A stretch of 63,200 nucleotides of DNA, filler included, from Reclinomonas americana ATCC 50394 (taxonomy: Eukaryota): the NCBI GenBank assembly GCA_048213135.1. It is 12 parts of 6 records of this genome, joined end to end, with 100 filler letters (N's around TTAATTAATTAA, not from the genome) between each part and the next. Parts side by side here need not be neighbours in the genome. Positions count along the whole stretch, not along the records: positions 1 to 12,720 come from PS015895.1; 11 more parts are not named here. The stretch is one strand, 5' to 3'. Position numbers and translations under genes: made by a program. The notes below the pieces were generated by a model. It was given only the letters and a program-made list of their open reading frames with translations, did no database searches and was not told where the DNA came from. Below, in pieces: positions 1 to 11,366 of the stretch (position 1 is the first letter of the stretch; every line of letters begins with the position of its first letter).

Positions 1-75
1 TATGAGGAAAGGACACACAGATGGACAAACACCACAGACAGAGAACAAGGCACCCGACTGCTATAATTATTCACT

Positions 76-115
<40 letters not shown>

Positions 116-555
116 CGCGTGAATGAGCGAGCACAAGTGAGAAGAAACAAGCAGCTGGCAAAATGAGTGATGCGCGTACCTGTGTGTGTGCGAGAGCGAG
201 AGAGAGAGCGAGAGAGAGAGTGAGAGAAGTTCGCCTCCCTCCTGTTTTCTCTTTCTCTCTCCTCCCCATTCATACAGCGCACAGAACTCTATGGTACACA
301 CGCGTATGCGAGAGAGAGAGAGAGAGGAAAGTGTGCCTTCTCTCTTCTCCTTCGCCCCACTCCTCCTACTTTACTTCTTTTCTCTATTTTCTCCTTCCCT
401 CTCCTCCCCATTCATACAGCGCGAAGAACTCTATGGTACATACGTGTATGCGAGAGCGCGAGAGAGAGGAATGTGTAAATTCTCCCTTCTCCTTCGTTCT
501 CCTTCCCCCTCCTTTCCCCTCCAATCCCCTCCTTCCCCCCCCTTTCCCCTTCTAC

Positions 556-2773
556 CTCCTACGCAACGGTGGTGGCGGCGGGGCTGCCGTGACCGCCGCC
601 GGCGACCGCCTCGCCTTCCTCCTGCTCCCACCACTGCGCGACTGCCGCGACGCCACAAAATCATCATCCGACTCCTCCTCGTCCTCCTCGGCGTCGACAC
701 TCACAAAGTCATCATCACTCTCACGCGCTCGTCTCCTGCTGTCCGCATTATCCACCTCGTCCTCCTCCTCCTCCTCCTCCCCGTCATCGTCTTCGTGCGC
801 GTCGTCACCACGCTCCGTCGACGACGACAGCAGCCGATCGACCTCCATGGCATCCACGTCGATCACTGCCGGTGGAGGCGGCGGTGCCTTTCGTCGTCGC
901 CTTTGCTGCTGCGGTGGCGAAGGTTTTTCGCTCGGCGATTCGTCCAGGCACGCCATGACGGAGGCATCTGCAGTGGAAATTTCCCGGGGAGCAGAAGAGT
1001 GGGGTGGACGCAGGGAGCGAGCGGCGCGCATAAAACTCTCGAGGTAGGAGGGGGTGGGGAGGTCGCGACCGGCCAGTGATTCGATGATGGCGGTGATTTC
1101 CAGGCTGAGAGAAGGGGTGAAGGGTGAGTTGAAAGAGGAGGGAGGCGATGCTGACATCACTCTACAGAAGAAGACCTCGTTCTGCATGTTCAAGGTGCGC
1201 ATGCTTCACCGCATTTCTTTCTCTCTTTCATTCATTCCTTCTCTCTCCACTCTCTTTTTCATTCTCCGTTTTTCTCAGCTTTCCTTCCTCTTTCATTCGT
1301 TCTTTCCCTCCACTCTCTCTTTCTTTCTTCTTTCTTTCGATCTTTCTTTCTTTCTCTCTTGCTTGCTTTCTTCCTTTCTTTCCTTCCTCTTCCCTCCTTC
1401 CATCTTTCTATCATTCATTCCCCACTCTCTCACTCTCTATTTTCGTGCTCTCCTTTCTCAGCTTTTTTCAGTCTTTCTTCTTGCTTTCTCTTTCTTTCTG
1501 CATTTCTTCCTTTCTTTCTCTCATTCCCACTCTCTCACTCTCTGTTTGCATTCTCTCCTTTTTCTCGGCTTTATTCTTCTTTCTTTCTCTTTTTCCTTCT
1601 TTTCTCTGTCTTTCTCTTTCTTCCTTCCTATCATTCTTCCTTTCTATTTTCTTCTTCCTTGTTACTTTCTTCTTTCACTCTCCCTCTTTACTTCCACAAA
1701 CCGACAGGCTCGAAACGCGGAAACCACAGAATCCAGCTGGCGCACTGGAATCAAGTCGCTCGGTTGCGATGGCTGCACAAGGAGGGAAGAGTGAGAATCA
1801 CAGGCGACGAGCACGGGAATGATTCACACACAAACCTGGCGACACACAGGGCAGTGCATGTTGGACGGCGAGGCGGAAAAGTAGCGGCGCACGCAGAGCG
1901 AACAAACTAGAGTGGGCGAGAGAGGAGAGCAAGTGAGGAAGCAAGTTCTAATACCGCAGGACAACGGGAAGGAAGGCCACAGATTGCAGGAATGAGCAAG
2001 AGACAGAGAGAGGCAGAATGTGAGAGGTAAAGAGGGACACGCAGCAACACTGATTTCTGAAGGGATGACTGAGAGAAACTCTTTCTCTTTTCCCCCTTCT
2101 CCTCTTCAGTCTCTAGACACGAAAGAGGAGTCGGAGACAGATGGAATGTAGCGATGAGAGACAAGCAAAACGAAGACAGAGAACGGAGACGGAAAGAGAG
2201 CCATATCTCTCTCTCCACGTGCTCATTCCTTGCTGAATCCTTGCTCAACATTGCCCTCTCTCTCGTCTCTCAATCTCCGCAGAACTCTCTGCTCCCAAGC
2301 CTTGATACGCGACAGGGAGAGAAGGACAGACAACGGGGCAAAAGCAGGAACAGGAAGCAACTCAGAGTGGCAGAACAAGGAGACTTGGAGAGAAAGAGAG
2401 AGTGAGAGTCTTCCTCGCTGAACCCTTGCTCTCTTCCCCACCCTTGTGGGTACCGGAGAGACAGCGTGACTGTCGCGAAAAAGAGATGCAGCAACTCCGC
2501 GTGACAAAGAATGAGGACTTGAGACAGTGTCTTCCTCTCTGTCCACGTTCCTTTCCTCGCGGAACCGGCACCGTTCTCTTCTTTTTCTCTCTTCTCTCTC
2601 CTCCCCTTGCCCTTTCCCCTCCCCTTCCCGCTTCATCCCTTTCTCTCTCTTATTGTTCTCTCTCCCTCTCTCTGTGTGTGTGTCTCTCTCTCACTCTCTC
2701 TTCATTCTCTCTACTTTCTCTCTAAGTCTCTCTCTCTCTCTCCTCTCTCTCTGCCCACTCTCTCTATCTCTCC

Positions 2774-2849
<76 letters not shown>

Positions 2850-3182
2850 CTCTCTCTCTCGTCTCGTCTCTCCTCCTCTCTCTCTCTCTCTCTATCTCCC
2901 TCACTCTCCCCTTCTCCCTTATTCCCTTGCCCTCTTCTCCCCCTTTCCCCATTCTCCACCCCCCACGCAACAAGCATGCGCACAGCCCCTCAGCTGCATC
3001 GCCGTGGTGAAAAAGTCGTGGCACACGGGACACCTCAACGCCGAGTCCACTTGCGCACACGCCCTCACATGCACACTCGCCCCTCCCACTCCACTCGCCA
3101 CATGCGACCACAACTCCACTCCAACACCCTCGTCTTGTGTGCGCCCCTCAATGCTCAGAGAGAGCGAGGGGGAGGAGGTCAT
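556..3182 (-). CDS. RAD18: RAD18-like C3HC4 RING E3 ubiquitin ligase (spliced; 3' end probably runs off the window start)
   Basis: Exons ~3182-2972, 1906-1836, 1772-1702 and 1104-556 splice in frame with GT-AG. They give VDSALRCPVCHDFFTTAMQLRGCAHAFCSLCVRRYFSASPSNMHCPVCRQPSQPSDLIPVRQLDSVVSAFR, which matches the RAD18 N-terminal RING pattern, followed by an acidic disordered region. The UBZ and SAP domains are not seen in the window. Confidence 0.7.
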
Positions 3183-3228
3183 GGAGAGAGAGAGAAGAAA
3201 GAGAGAAGAGAGAGAGACTTGCAAATAA

Positions 3229-3460
3229 GAGAGACTCTCACACAGAGACTCACAGAGAGGCAGACTGTGTGTCGCAAAGACTCTCACACAGAGAGACTCT
3301 CACACAGTTGCAAAGAGAGACTCGCACAGAGACTCTCACAAAGACTCACAGAGACTCTCACAAAGACTCACAGAGAGACTCACACACAGAGACTCTCACA
3401 CAGACTCACAGAGAGCAACTCTCAGAGACTCTTTGTGACAGAGAGACTCACACAGACTGA
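3229..3460. repeat. GAGACTC(T)CACA-type short tandem repeat
   Basis: Directly visible degenerate ~12-14 bp units upstream of the RAD18-like start. Confidence 0.8.
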
Positions 3461-3756
3461 GAGGCACGCTCAGATATACACACACAGAGAGTGAGAGAAT
3501 GTGTGTGTGATAAAAAATGCGACTTCAAGTCAGTGTGTGCGCGCAAGGCAAACAGCGTGAGTGCGGGAAAGTGACGTCATGCATTGCATTGGGACAGGAC
3601 ACTTGAAGGTGAGTTAAAGAGAGTGGGAATGAGTGCCATTGAATCTTGTGATCGTTGGACCTGTTCCCTGACTTTTGACTCTTCAAGGAAAAAAAAAAGA
3701 AGGCGTCCTCGATGTGACGAAGCACAACAACAACAACAACAAAACACTTTCATTCA

Positions 3757-3869
3757 CCACATTCCAACAATGCGATAAACGCCCACAAATCCCTTGCCGG
3801 CAATGACCTTGGCACACCAACAATATACAAACACATAATTACTTCTCCAACAGTCATCTTCCCTTTTCA
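3757..3869. repeat. Interspersed repeat A, copy 1 (copy 2 at 21857-21973)
   Basis: ccacattcca.aatgcgataaac.cccacaaatcccttgccg.caatgaccttggcaca...cagtcat.ttccctt is shared between the two loci in the same orientation, with few substitutions and small indels. Confidence 0.9.
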
Positions 3870-4314
3870 GGAGGCAAAGCCAATCAAACGCGTGTTGATC
3901 CGCCCTCTCAAACTCTTCAAGACCAGTCTCGCTTTCCTACACACTCTTCTCCATCATGCAGCATTTTGCTTTGCCTGCTTCACGGATCCGGACCCGGCTT
4001 AGCTTTGTTTGCCCGTCTTATGGCCTTTCCCGAATTCGATGTGCCGTTTACGATCGCAGACATCGCCATGCGTCTATGCAAGTGCGCAGCGTCAAATCCA
4101 CTGGTCAACCACGCTTCTGCGGTGAAGATCGCAGTTCTCGACTTGTTCGGAGCTCCGAGAGCGAACACACACACACACAAGGAACCTGCTGCTGCATTGG
4201 TGTCTGTGTTGATGTTTTGGATACGGTTGAACTTGGTCATCAAGACAGCTGTTGCTTGTTTGTTGGTGAATGAATTGTTGTTGTTGTCCACCTTCTCCTT
4301 ATTGCGCCTCACGA

Positions 4315-7300
4315 TCACACCGAGAAGAACTCGGGACTCAACCCATTTCTCTCCATGTTGCGCGACAACGTCCACGTCCGCGACGGGCACTGCTCCACAA
4401 CGTACTCGTCCACACGATCGCGGAGATCGTCAAAGTCGCTGAACTGCCTCTCCGCGCGCAGCCTGACAATCGCCTCGGCCACCGGGTGCGAAAGGTGTCG
4501 TTGGAGGATGGCGAGCGGGGCAATATTCACGTTGCACGCTGGAGTGCACAAGTCACTTGGTGCTCGTGAGAATATATAAGAGATGCGCTTGCACACAAAC
4601 CTGAATACTGCTGCTCAATGACTGGCGCCAGAGAGGGACCAAAGTACTCTCTCGCCTCCGACGCCGTCACCACGGCGCCATTCGCAGGCATCCACGAGCG
4701 GAATGCACTGGTCGGTCCGTGAGAGACAGGGCTCACCAATAGGAACGCGAAATTCTGCATCAGGGGGAACAGAGTGAGGGAACACACGCTCTTACTAGTC
4801 AAGCTGACGGACAGCAGTAACCTCGCAATCCTGCGCCGACGCGGCAGCGTCTTGGTCGACGTCCATGGACTCATCATCTGATGCGGCACGAGTGAGTGAC
4901 GACTCGTGAACGCGATAGCACAAATGCTGCGCACCACTGCGTGTGAAATAAAGAGGCAAACCGGTGGCAAGAGCACCCTGCAAAGAGAGTTGGACCTTGA
5001 GAGCCTCCAATCTCCTAAATCTCTCTTCGCTCACCTTGAACGCCTTCACATACTCCTCGAGATACACATCAGCCGTGATTGCTGGCTCATCGTACCGCCA
5101 GCAACGGATTGCCAGATAGAATGGACGCGGAGGAAGGCCGTCATACTCTGATGCCTGGCAATATCACGAATGATCAGAGACGGAAGTCGAGGAACACATA
5201 TCGGTTGATTCAGACCTGCCACAAGAATGCAACGACTTGTGCACCGGGCGAGTCCGGTGGCAGAAGGCACACCGCATTCCCCTGGGTCCACTGCAGGATA
5301 CGATAAATGAGCCGAGGGCACACTCATTGAAATCCCTTGTACCTCCCCCCTGTTCCTTCCCACTTTTCTTTCCCCTGTTCCTTCCCCTGTTCCTTCCCCC
5401 TGTTCCTTCCCCCTCCTTTCCCCCTCCTTCCCCCTGTTCCTTCCCCCTGTTCCTTCCCTTCGCCTTCCCCTTCCCTCATTCTCCTTCTCCCTGTTCCTTC
5501 TCCCTGTTCCTTCCCCCTTCTCTTCCCCCTCTCCTTCCCCCTGTTCTCCCCCCGTTCCTTCCCCTCTTTCTCCCCCTGTTCCTTCCCCTTTTCCTTCCCC
5601 ATCACCTCCCCTGTTCCTTTCCCCTTTCCCTCTCTCCCCCTTCCACGCCCCTTCTTCTTCCCTCTTCCCCTTCGCCCCTTCCCTTTCTCCCTTCCCCTTT
5701 TCCTTCCCCTTGTCCCTTCTCCCTTCCCCTCCCCCCTTCCCTCGCTCACCAACGACTGCAGATCTTCCGCGGCACGCTCCACCACGTCCACAAATCGAAG
5801 CGGCTCACAAGGAAGCAGGAGCTCAGCGACCCTGAAAACCCCACACCCCCACTCGGCCACTGGAGTGACGCAGCCGTAAAGTGCTTGTGCGGCGCTCATC
5901 GTCACCGGATCCCTCTACAGTGGCAGAGTGAGCGCATCGTGTGCGCGTGCGGTTTCAAGGCACGAAAAACGCACCGCGCATCGAGTGAGCTTGAAGCACG
6001 TGTGCAGGGCGACCTGTCTCGCGAACGATTCGGGAGCGCACTCATGACCAGAGTAGGCCACGATAAAGCTGTCGAAAGTCACATCCAATGCTGGATGTGT
6101 GCCGAGAAAGGGAACAGCGACCCGAGGATGTGAACGCGGGTCCTAGCACCCAGCGGTTGAGTGCTTCAGCAACCACATGCCTTTAACCTCTCCAGTCTCC
6201 TCACAGACCTCTTCGAGTACAACGAGTCCCATGTCGGAGGCGTCTTGCAGAGAAATGCTGCTGCCGTCGCACTCCACCTTTGTGAAGGTGGGGACGGGTC
6301 GTGAAGCCGAGAGACAGAGTGCAGCGATTGCATCACTCGCTGCCGACAAGCGCCGAATGCAATGCTTGCCGATGTGCTCCTGCACGCGATGTCGCAGTTC
6401 AGTCGCGCATTGCGCCTCCGACAACACCTCATCTGCCTCGCGAGTGAGTGAAACGAGTGCGACACTGGAGGCGTCTCACAGCCGCGCTCACGTTGATGCT
6501 GCTGCAGGTATTCCAACGCGATGTGCGTCGAGCGAGGATGACCGCCGAGTAGCACCGAGAGGCGTCGAACGGCAGGAATCGTGCGCCACTTGTGCTCCAG
6601 GCAAGTGCCACGCAGCGCGCCATCAAACCACTGATCCACTTCCCTCATGTGCAACAGCGGCAGCGGGAGTGTTACGCACGGGAATCCAGCTGCGAGCACC
6701 GTATACAGCTCGTTGAACGACAAGCACGACATGAAGGGCACGAAGAGAGCGCCCTTCCACAAGCCCAAGGCCAGTGACTTCAAGTCGGCAATCAACCTTT
6801 CGAAGGAATGTACTGTGCGCTCCACAGTGAGGTAACCACCGTGGCGATGACGAAGGGTCGTGTGAATTCATCACGCACGTGGTCGCGGCCCTTTGTTGCG
6901 CAATTGCAGTGTCTCGTCGACACACACAAAGCACAGCAGTTGCATCACGCGGGCGGGAGCCTCACGCATCCCCAGGTCCTTCAAGACGACATCCATGGCG
7001 GTGGAGACCGACAGCAAAGCCGGCTCGTCAAACAGCGAGAAGAATTCGTTCAAGCCAAGTGTTCCGTCCTCGGGGGCGAACCAGCCGTAGAGAATACGGA
7101 CGCCAGTAAATGGTGCAGCATCGTGCTCGGCCGACAGCAACTCGGGGGTGTCGCGGAAGGAGATGGGAATCTGGTGGATCGAGAGGGAGAGGGAGAGAGA
7201 GAGAGAGGAGGGAGGGAGAGAGAGGAAGAGAGAGAGAGAGAGAGTGAGTGAGTGTGAGAGTGAGAGAAAGAAGGAGAGAGCATGAGAGAGAGCGATAGAG

Positions 7301-9370
7301 AGGCCTCTGTTGGGAGAGAGAAGTGAGACAGGAACCAGGCGAGTATAGGGAGAGAGAGTGAAGAGAGAGAGGAAGAGAGTGCCAAATTGTCTGCGTGTTG
7401 ATGACTCTGCACTGCGCAATACAGCTCTGGAGCAGCGCGTGCGGCAGATGCGACAAGAGAGCGTAGTGCTGCGGGACAGCAGCGTCCCTCCTTCGTGTGT
7501 CATTGCTAACATTCACATGCAAAGCGCTTCGCTGACCTATCTGCTCCTCCCTCTCTGCCACCTTGCCTGCTCCATTTTCCCCTTTTTCATGCTCTGCCTG
7601 CACGGGCTGAATTCCTATGCTGTCCCGATCTCCTCTCTATTCCTCGCCCTCTCTTACAGATTCACTGTTAAAACCATCCTCCGTCTTTTTTCTTTTCTTC
7701 GTGCCTTCCTCAATCTCACCGTTGGCCGATCACCCAAAATGCCTCATTCTCTTCCCTGTCCCACTATGCCTTCTCCCTCTCTCACCGATTCGCTGTTTTA
7801 GCCACCCTCCCTCTTCTCTTCAGCTCGTTGCCCTCTGTGTGAAGCTGCCTTCCTCATCTCATTGTTGGCTGACTTCCCAGATTCCTCTCCTCTTGCCTCT
7901 CTCTTGCCGATTTTCTGTTTCTCCCATCCTCCATAGTTCACTTTCTACTCGTTGCTTACTGTGCACGGTGCGAAGCTGCCTTCCTCATCTCATGATTGGC
8001 TGACTCCCAAGACTGAATCGGTCTCTTCTTTAACTCTCCATGCAGGCCCATGTGCCGTCTCCCTCTCTTACCGATTCTCTGTTTTAGCCATCCTCCATCT
8101 TTCCTTTCTGCTCGTTGCCCATTCTGCCTCCCCAGACTGTCCCTTTCCCTCTTGCCCCCAACACGCACATGGACGAACTGGCCACCGCGCAGCAACGTGT
8201 TGACCACCGACTCGCCGTTCGGATTTTCATCGGCGAACTGCTGCAGGAGGCGAGGAAGCTCCGCTTGCAGTCGTGACTTGCCCATTCCAGGAGAGCCACC
8301 GCAGAGCAGCAACGAGCTCGCAGACTTGTCTGCAACACCCTTACTCCAATACACTCCCCGCCGGATCAGTTCCGCATACGCATCGCGCACCGCCTTACTC
8401 CGTCCCAGCACGGCGCAGCCTTGCGCGAGGGTCGGGCACATGAGCTGCAAAGGGCATCAGGTGTCAGCTCACAGAAAAGTGAAAGGCATGGAAAGGCAAA
8501 TGTAATGAATGGGAGGATGTCAGATGAACGAGGACGAGGAAAAGGACAGTTAGAGTTTGCTCTCACCGGCATGAAGCGAATGCGTCCACGCTGTCGTTCG
8601 TATCTCGGTCGAAGTCTCTGTGCCAGCCGACCGCGCACAAGAATGCCCAGCACTTCATCTGAGTGTCATTCGCGTGGTGGGCAACAAGCACAACTCGGAG
8701 TTCTTCACAGTCACGAGAGTCGTACCTGGAGAGGAATCTGACAGGCAACCTTGAATAACAAATAAAACAACCACTGCACCACGACTCATATCAATCTCAC
8801 CTCGTTTCACGGTGCCTGGCGAATTGATGGAGCAGCGAATGAGGCGTATCTCGTCTGGGCACGCAGATGAAGTGCGAGAGTACATACCTTGAAGATCGTA
8901 CATGGCTGCTCGGTAAGGCAATGCAGAGCGTGAGTAGGGAGCGTTGACGAGGACAATGGTGGGCGCTCTTACCGAATGCGAGGCGGGCCACTGTGCGGAT
9001 GGCCATTTTCGGCGTCCATCCTTCGGCGATGGATGAGCTTGAAAGCACGGTCAAGTCAAGCAGTTCTGGGGCTATTTCACTGTGCATGGGAGACAAGCGC
9101 ACAAGCTCTTGAAGAGAGACGTCGAGCAGCGAATGCTGCGAGTCTGGCTCCAGCTGCTGAAGAGCCTCAGCGGCCATTTCCAAGATATCGCGATCAGCGG
9201 CAAGAGCGTCAGCCGGAACCTTGCCGTCTGGGAGCAAGTCGCGCAGTTTCAAGGCGGCTGCGGCACGTTGAGTGATGGAAAACAAAGAAGACACACAAAA
9301 CACAGTTTACACAACTGCGAGAGGATAGCAAACGCACTCTGCCCCTCCTACTCTGCGCTGCCTCTTTCAT
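4315..9370 (-). CDS. Crinkler/RHS (CR)-type protein: N-terminal header, P-loop NTPase, degenerate PD-(D/E)xK REase-like domain and C-terminal HhH-like domain (multi-exon)
   Basis: Walker A LLCGGSPGMGKSRL (~8270-8310), Walker B LLCFVCVDE (~6905-6935), LPLL, LGGHPR (~6530), RVAVPF, late motif MPANGAVV...EYFGPSLA (~4625-4700) and final exon CNVNIAPLAILQ...AEAIVRLRAERQFSDFDDLRDR. This order is typical of CR NTPase-nuclease proteins. The start codon is uncertain. Confidence 0.75.
5340..5740. repeat. Intronic CCCTGTTCCTT(C)-type tandem repeat
   Basis: Visible ~12-13 bp units inside an intron of the CR gene. Confidence 0.8.
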
Positions 9371-9514
9371 TGCACAACTACTGCACCCCACACAGGAACA
9401 AGCACACCAACCATACTGAGACAGAAAATCTACACAACACACTCACTCGTCGACATCCATCTCTCTCACAAACACAGCGCGACTTGACGTTCACTCACTC
9501 GCCCTCCCACTCAC

Positions 9515-9574
9515 TAATAATAATAGAAACTTCACTGACAAATACAACTATGAGAATCTACCAGTGATCGCCAA
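9515..9574. repeat. Interspersed repeat B: single diverged arm of the 45779-45913 palindrome
   Basis: aataataatagaaacttcactga..aatacaac.atgag.atctaccagtgatcgccaa aligns to the hairpin arm taatagaaacttcactgatccatacacaacaatgagcatctaccagtgatcgccaa. Confidence 0.85.
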
Positions 9575-10865
9575 TTTTACACAACTGAAGACCGCCTGCA
9601 GTCGCACAAGACACACTAATCAGCAGCACTCATGCCATTCATGTGTCACACAGCGCACACATACCACCGTTTGCGTATCATGAGAGCCTTCCGCACTCCC
9701 GCTCGCCGCCATGCAACGAAAAGCAACAGTGAATGTCCTCTCGACGTCATCGAGGCGTCACTGTGGAGGCACAGGAGGGATGAGGACAAGGATAGAGGAG
9801 AAGGAGGAAAAGGATGAGGAAGGAGGATGAAGGGAGGGAAGAGAGGTGAGGCGATGGAAAGAAGAAGTAGAAGGACAAGAAAAACAGCAAAGCAGATTGG
9901 AGATTGAGAGGAAGCATGAAGAGATCAGGGAGGGAGATGAAGGAGAAAGGACAGAGCAGGGGGAGTGTGGGAAGGAATGGAGGAGAAGGAGAGGTAGAAG
10001 AGGCACGGATTCTCTGAAGAGGGAGAAGGAAGAAGGATGAGAAGCGGAAGAAGGTTGGGAAGGGAAAAGAAGGAGGAGGAGGAGGAGGAAGAGGAGGATG
10101 AGGAGGAGTAGGTTGAGAGGAGGAGGAGGAGGGGGAGGAGGAGGAGGAGGAGGAGGGGAGGAGGAGGAGGNNNNNNNNNNNNNNNNNNNNNNNNNNNNNN
10201 NNNNNNNNNNNNNNNNNNNNNNNNNNNNNNNNNNNNNNNNNNNNNNNNNNNNNNNNNNNNNNNNNNNNNNNNNNNNNNNNNNNNNNNNNNNNNNNNNNNN
10301 NNNNNNNNNNNNNNNNNNNNNNNNNNNNNNNNNNNNNNNNNNNNNNNNNNNNNNNNNNNNNNNNNNNNNNNNNNNNNNNNNNNNNNNNNNNNNNNNNNNN
10401 NNNNNNNNNNNNNNNNNNNNNNNNNNNNNNNNNNNNNNNNNNNNNNNNNNNNNNNNNNNNNNNNNNNNNNNNNNNNNNNNNNNNNNNNNNNNNNNNNNNN
10501 NNNNNNNNNNNNNNNNNNNNNNNNNNNNNNNNNNNNNNNNNNNNNNNNNNNNNNNNNNNNNNNNNNNNNNNNNNNNNNNNNNNNNNNNNNNNNNNNNNNN
10601 NNNNNNNNNNNNNNNNNNNNNNNNNNNNNNNNNNNNNNNNNNNNNNNNNNNNNNNNNNNNNNNNNNNNNNNNNNNNNNNNNNNNNNNNNNNNNNNNNNNN
10701 NNNNNNNNNNNNNNNNNNNNNNNNNNNNNNNNNNNNNNNNNNNNNNNNNNNNNNNNNNNNNNNNNNNNNNNNNNNNNNNNNNNNNNNNNNNNNNNNNNNN
10801 NNNNNNNNNNNNNNNNNNNNNNNNNNNNNNNNNNNNNNNGTGAGTGAGTGAGTGAGTGAGTGAGT

Positions 10866-10903
<38 letters not shown>

Positions 10904-11366
10904 GTGAGTGAGAGTGTGTGAGTGAGAGTGTGCACTCAGGATGAAGGTTTAGGTGACGCCTTTTCTCTGCCAAGGCGTCGGATAAACTTTCATAGTTGTG
11001 TGTATAAGTGTGTGTGTGTGTGTGAGTGTGAGTGTGTGTGTGTGAGAGAGAGAGAGAGAACAGTTGCATTCATACGAGACTGCATGTTTGTGTGTTTAGG
11101 CGACGCATTAATCGCACCTTTTCTCAGTCAAGGCGTCGCCTAATCCTTCACATGAGCACATGCACACACTCTCTTTCTCACTCTCTCACACAATGAGACC
11201 TGCATGCAGCAACTAAACGCCTCGGATACATCCTTCTCACCTCTCTCTCTCTCTCTCTCCCACACGCATTCATTTGCTCATCTCAAACACAGTCAGTGTC
11301 CTCTCACCACAACTCTCTCTCTCCCTTTTCCTCCTTCCCTCTCTCTCCCTCTCCCTCCCTCCACAG

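Noticed and set aside
1054..3494. Long S/L/F- or R/E-rich ORFs in the ORF track (also ~5237-6133, 17080-18728, 19033-20302, 23032-23745, 32224-33236, 53039-53641)
   Set aside because: They are translations of intronic CT/GA microsatellites and minisatellites that lack stop codons.
3980..4390. 136-aa minus-strand ORF overlapping the CR gene end
   Set aside because: It has no recognisable motif, includes simple repeats, and is probably 3' UTR or intergenic.
9512..9530. CACTA-like transposon terminus
   Set aside because: Only a 5-bp match, with no partner TIR or 3-bp TSD identified.
9632..9830. Possible first exon of the GT61 gene (gccgccATG at 9711, followed by a GA-rich tract)
   Set aside because: No donor or phase could be fixed, and an N gap intervenes. 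Left unannotated.
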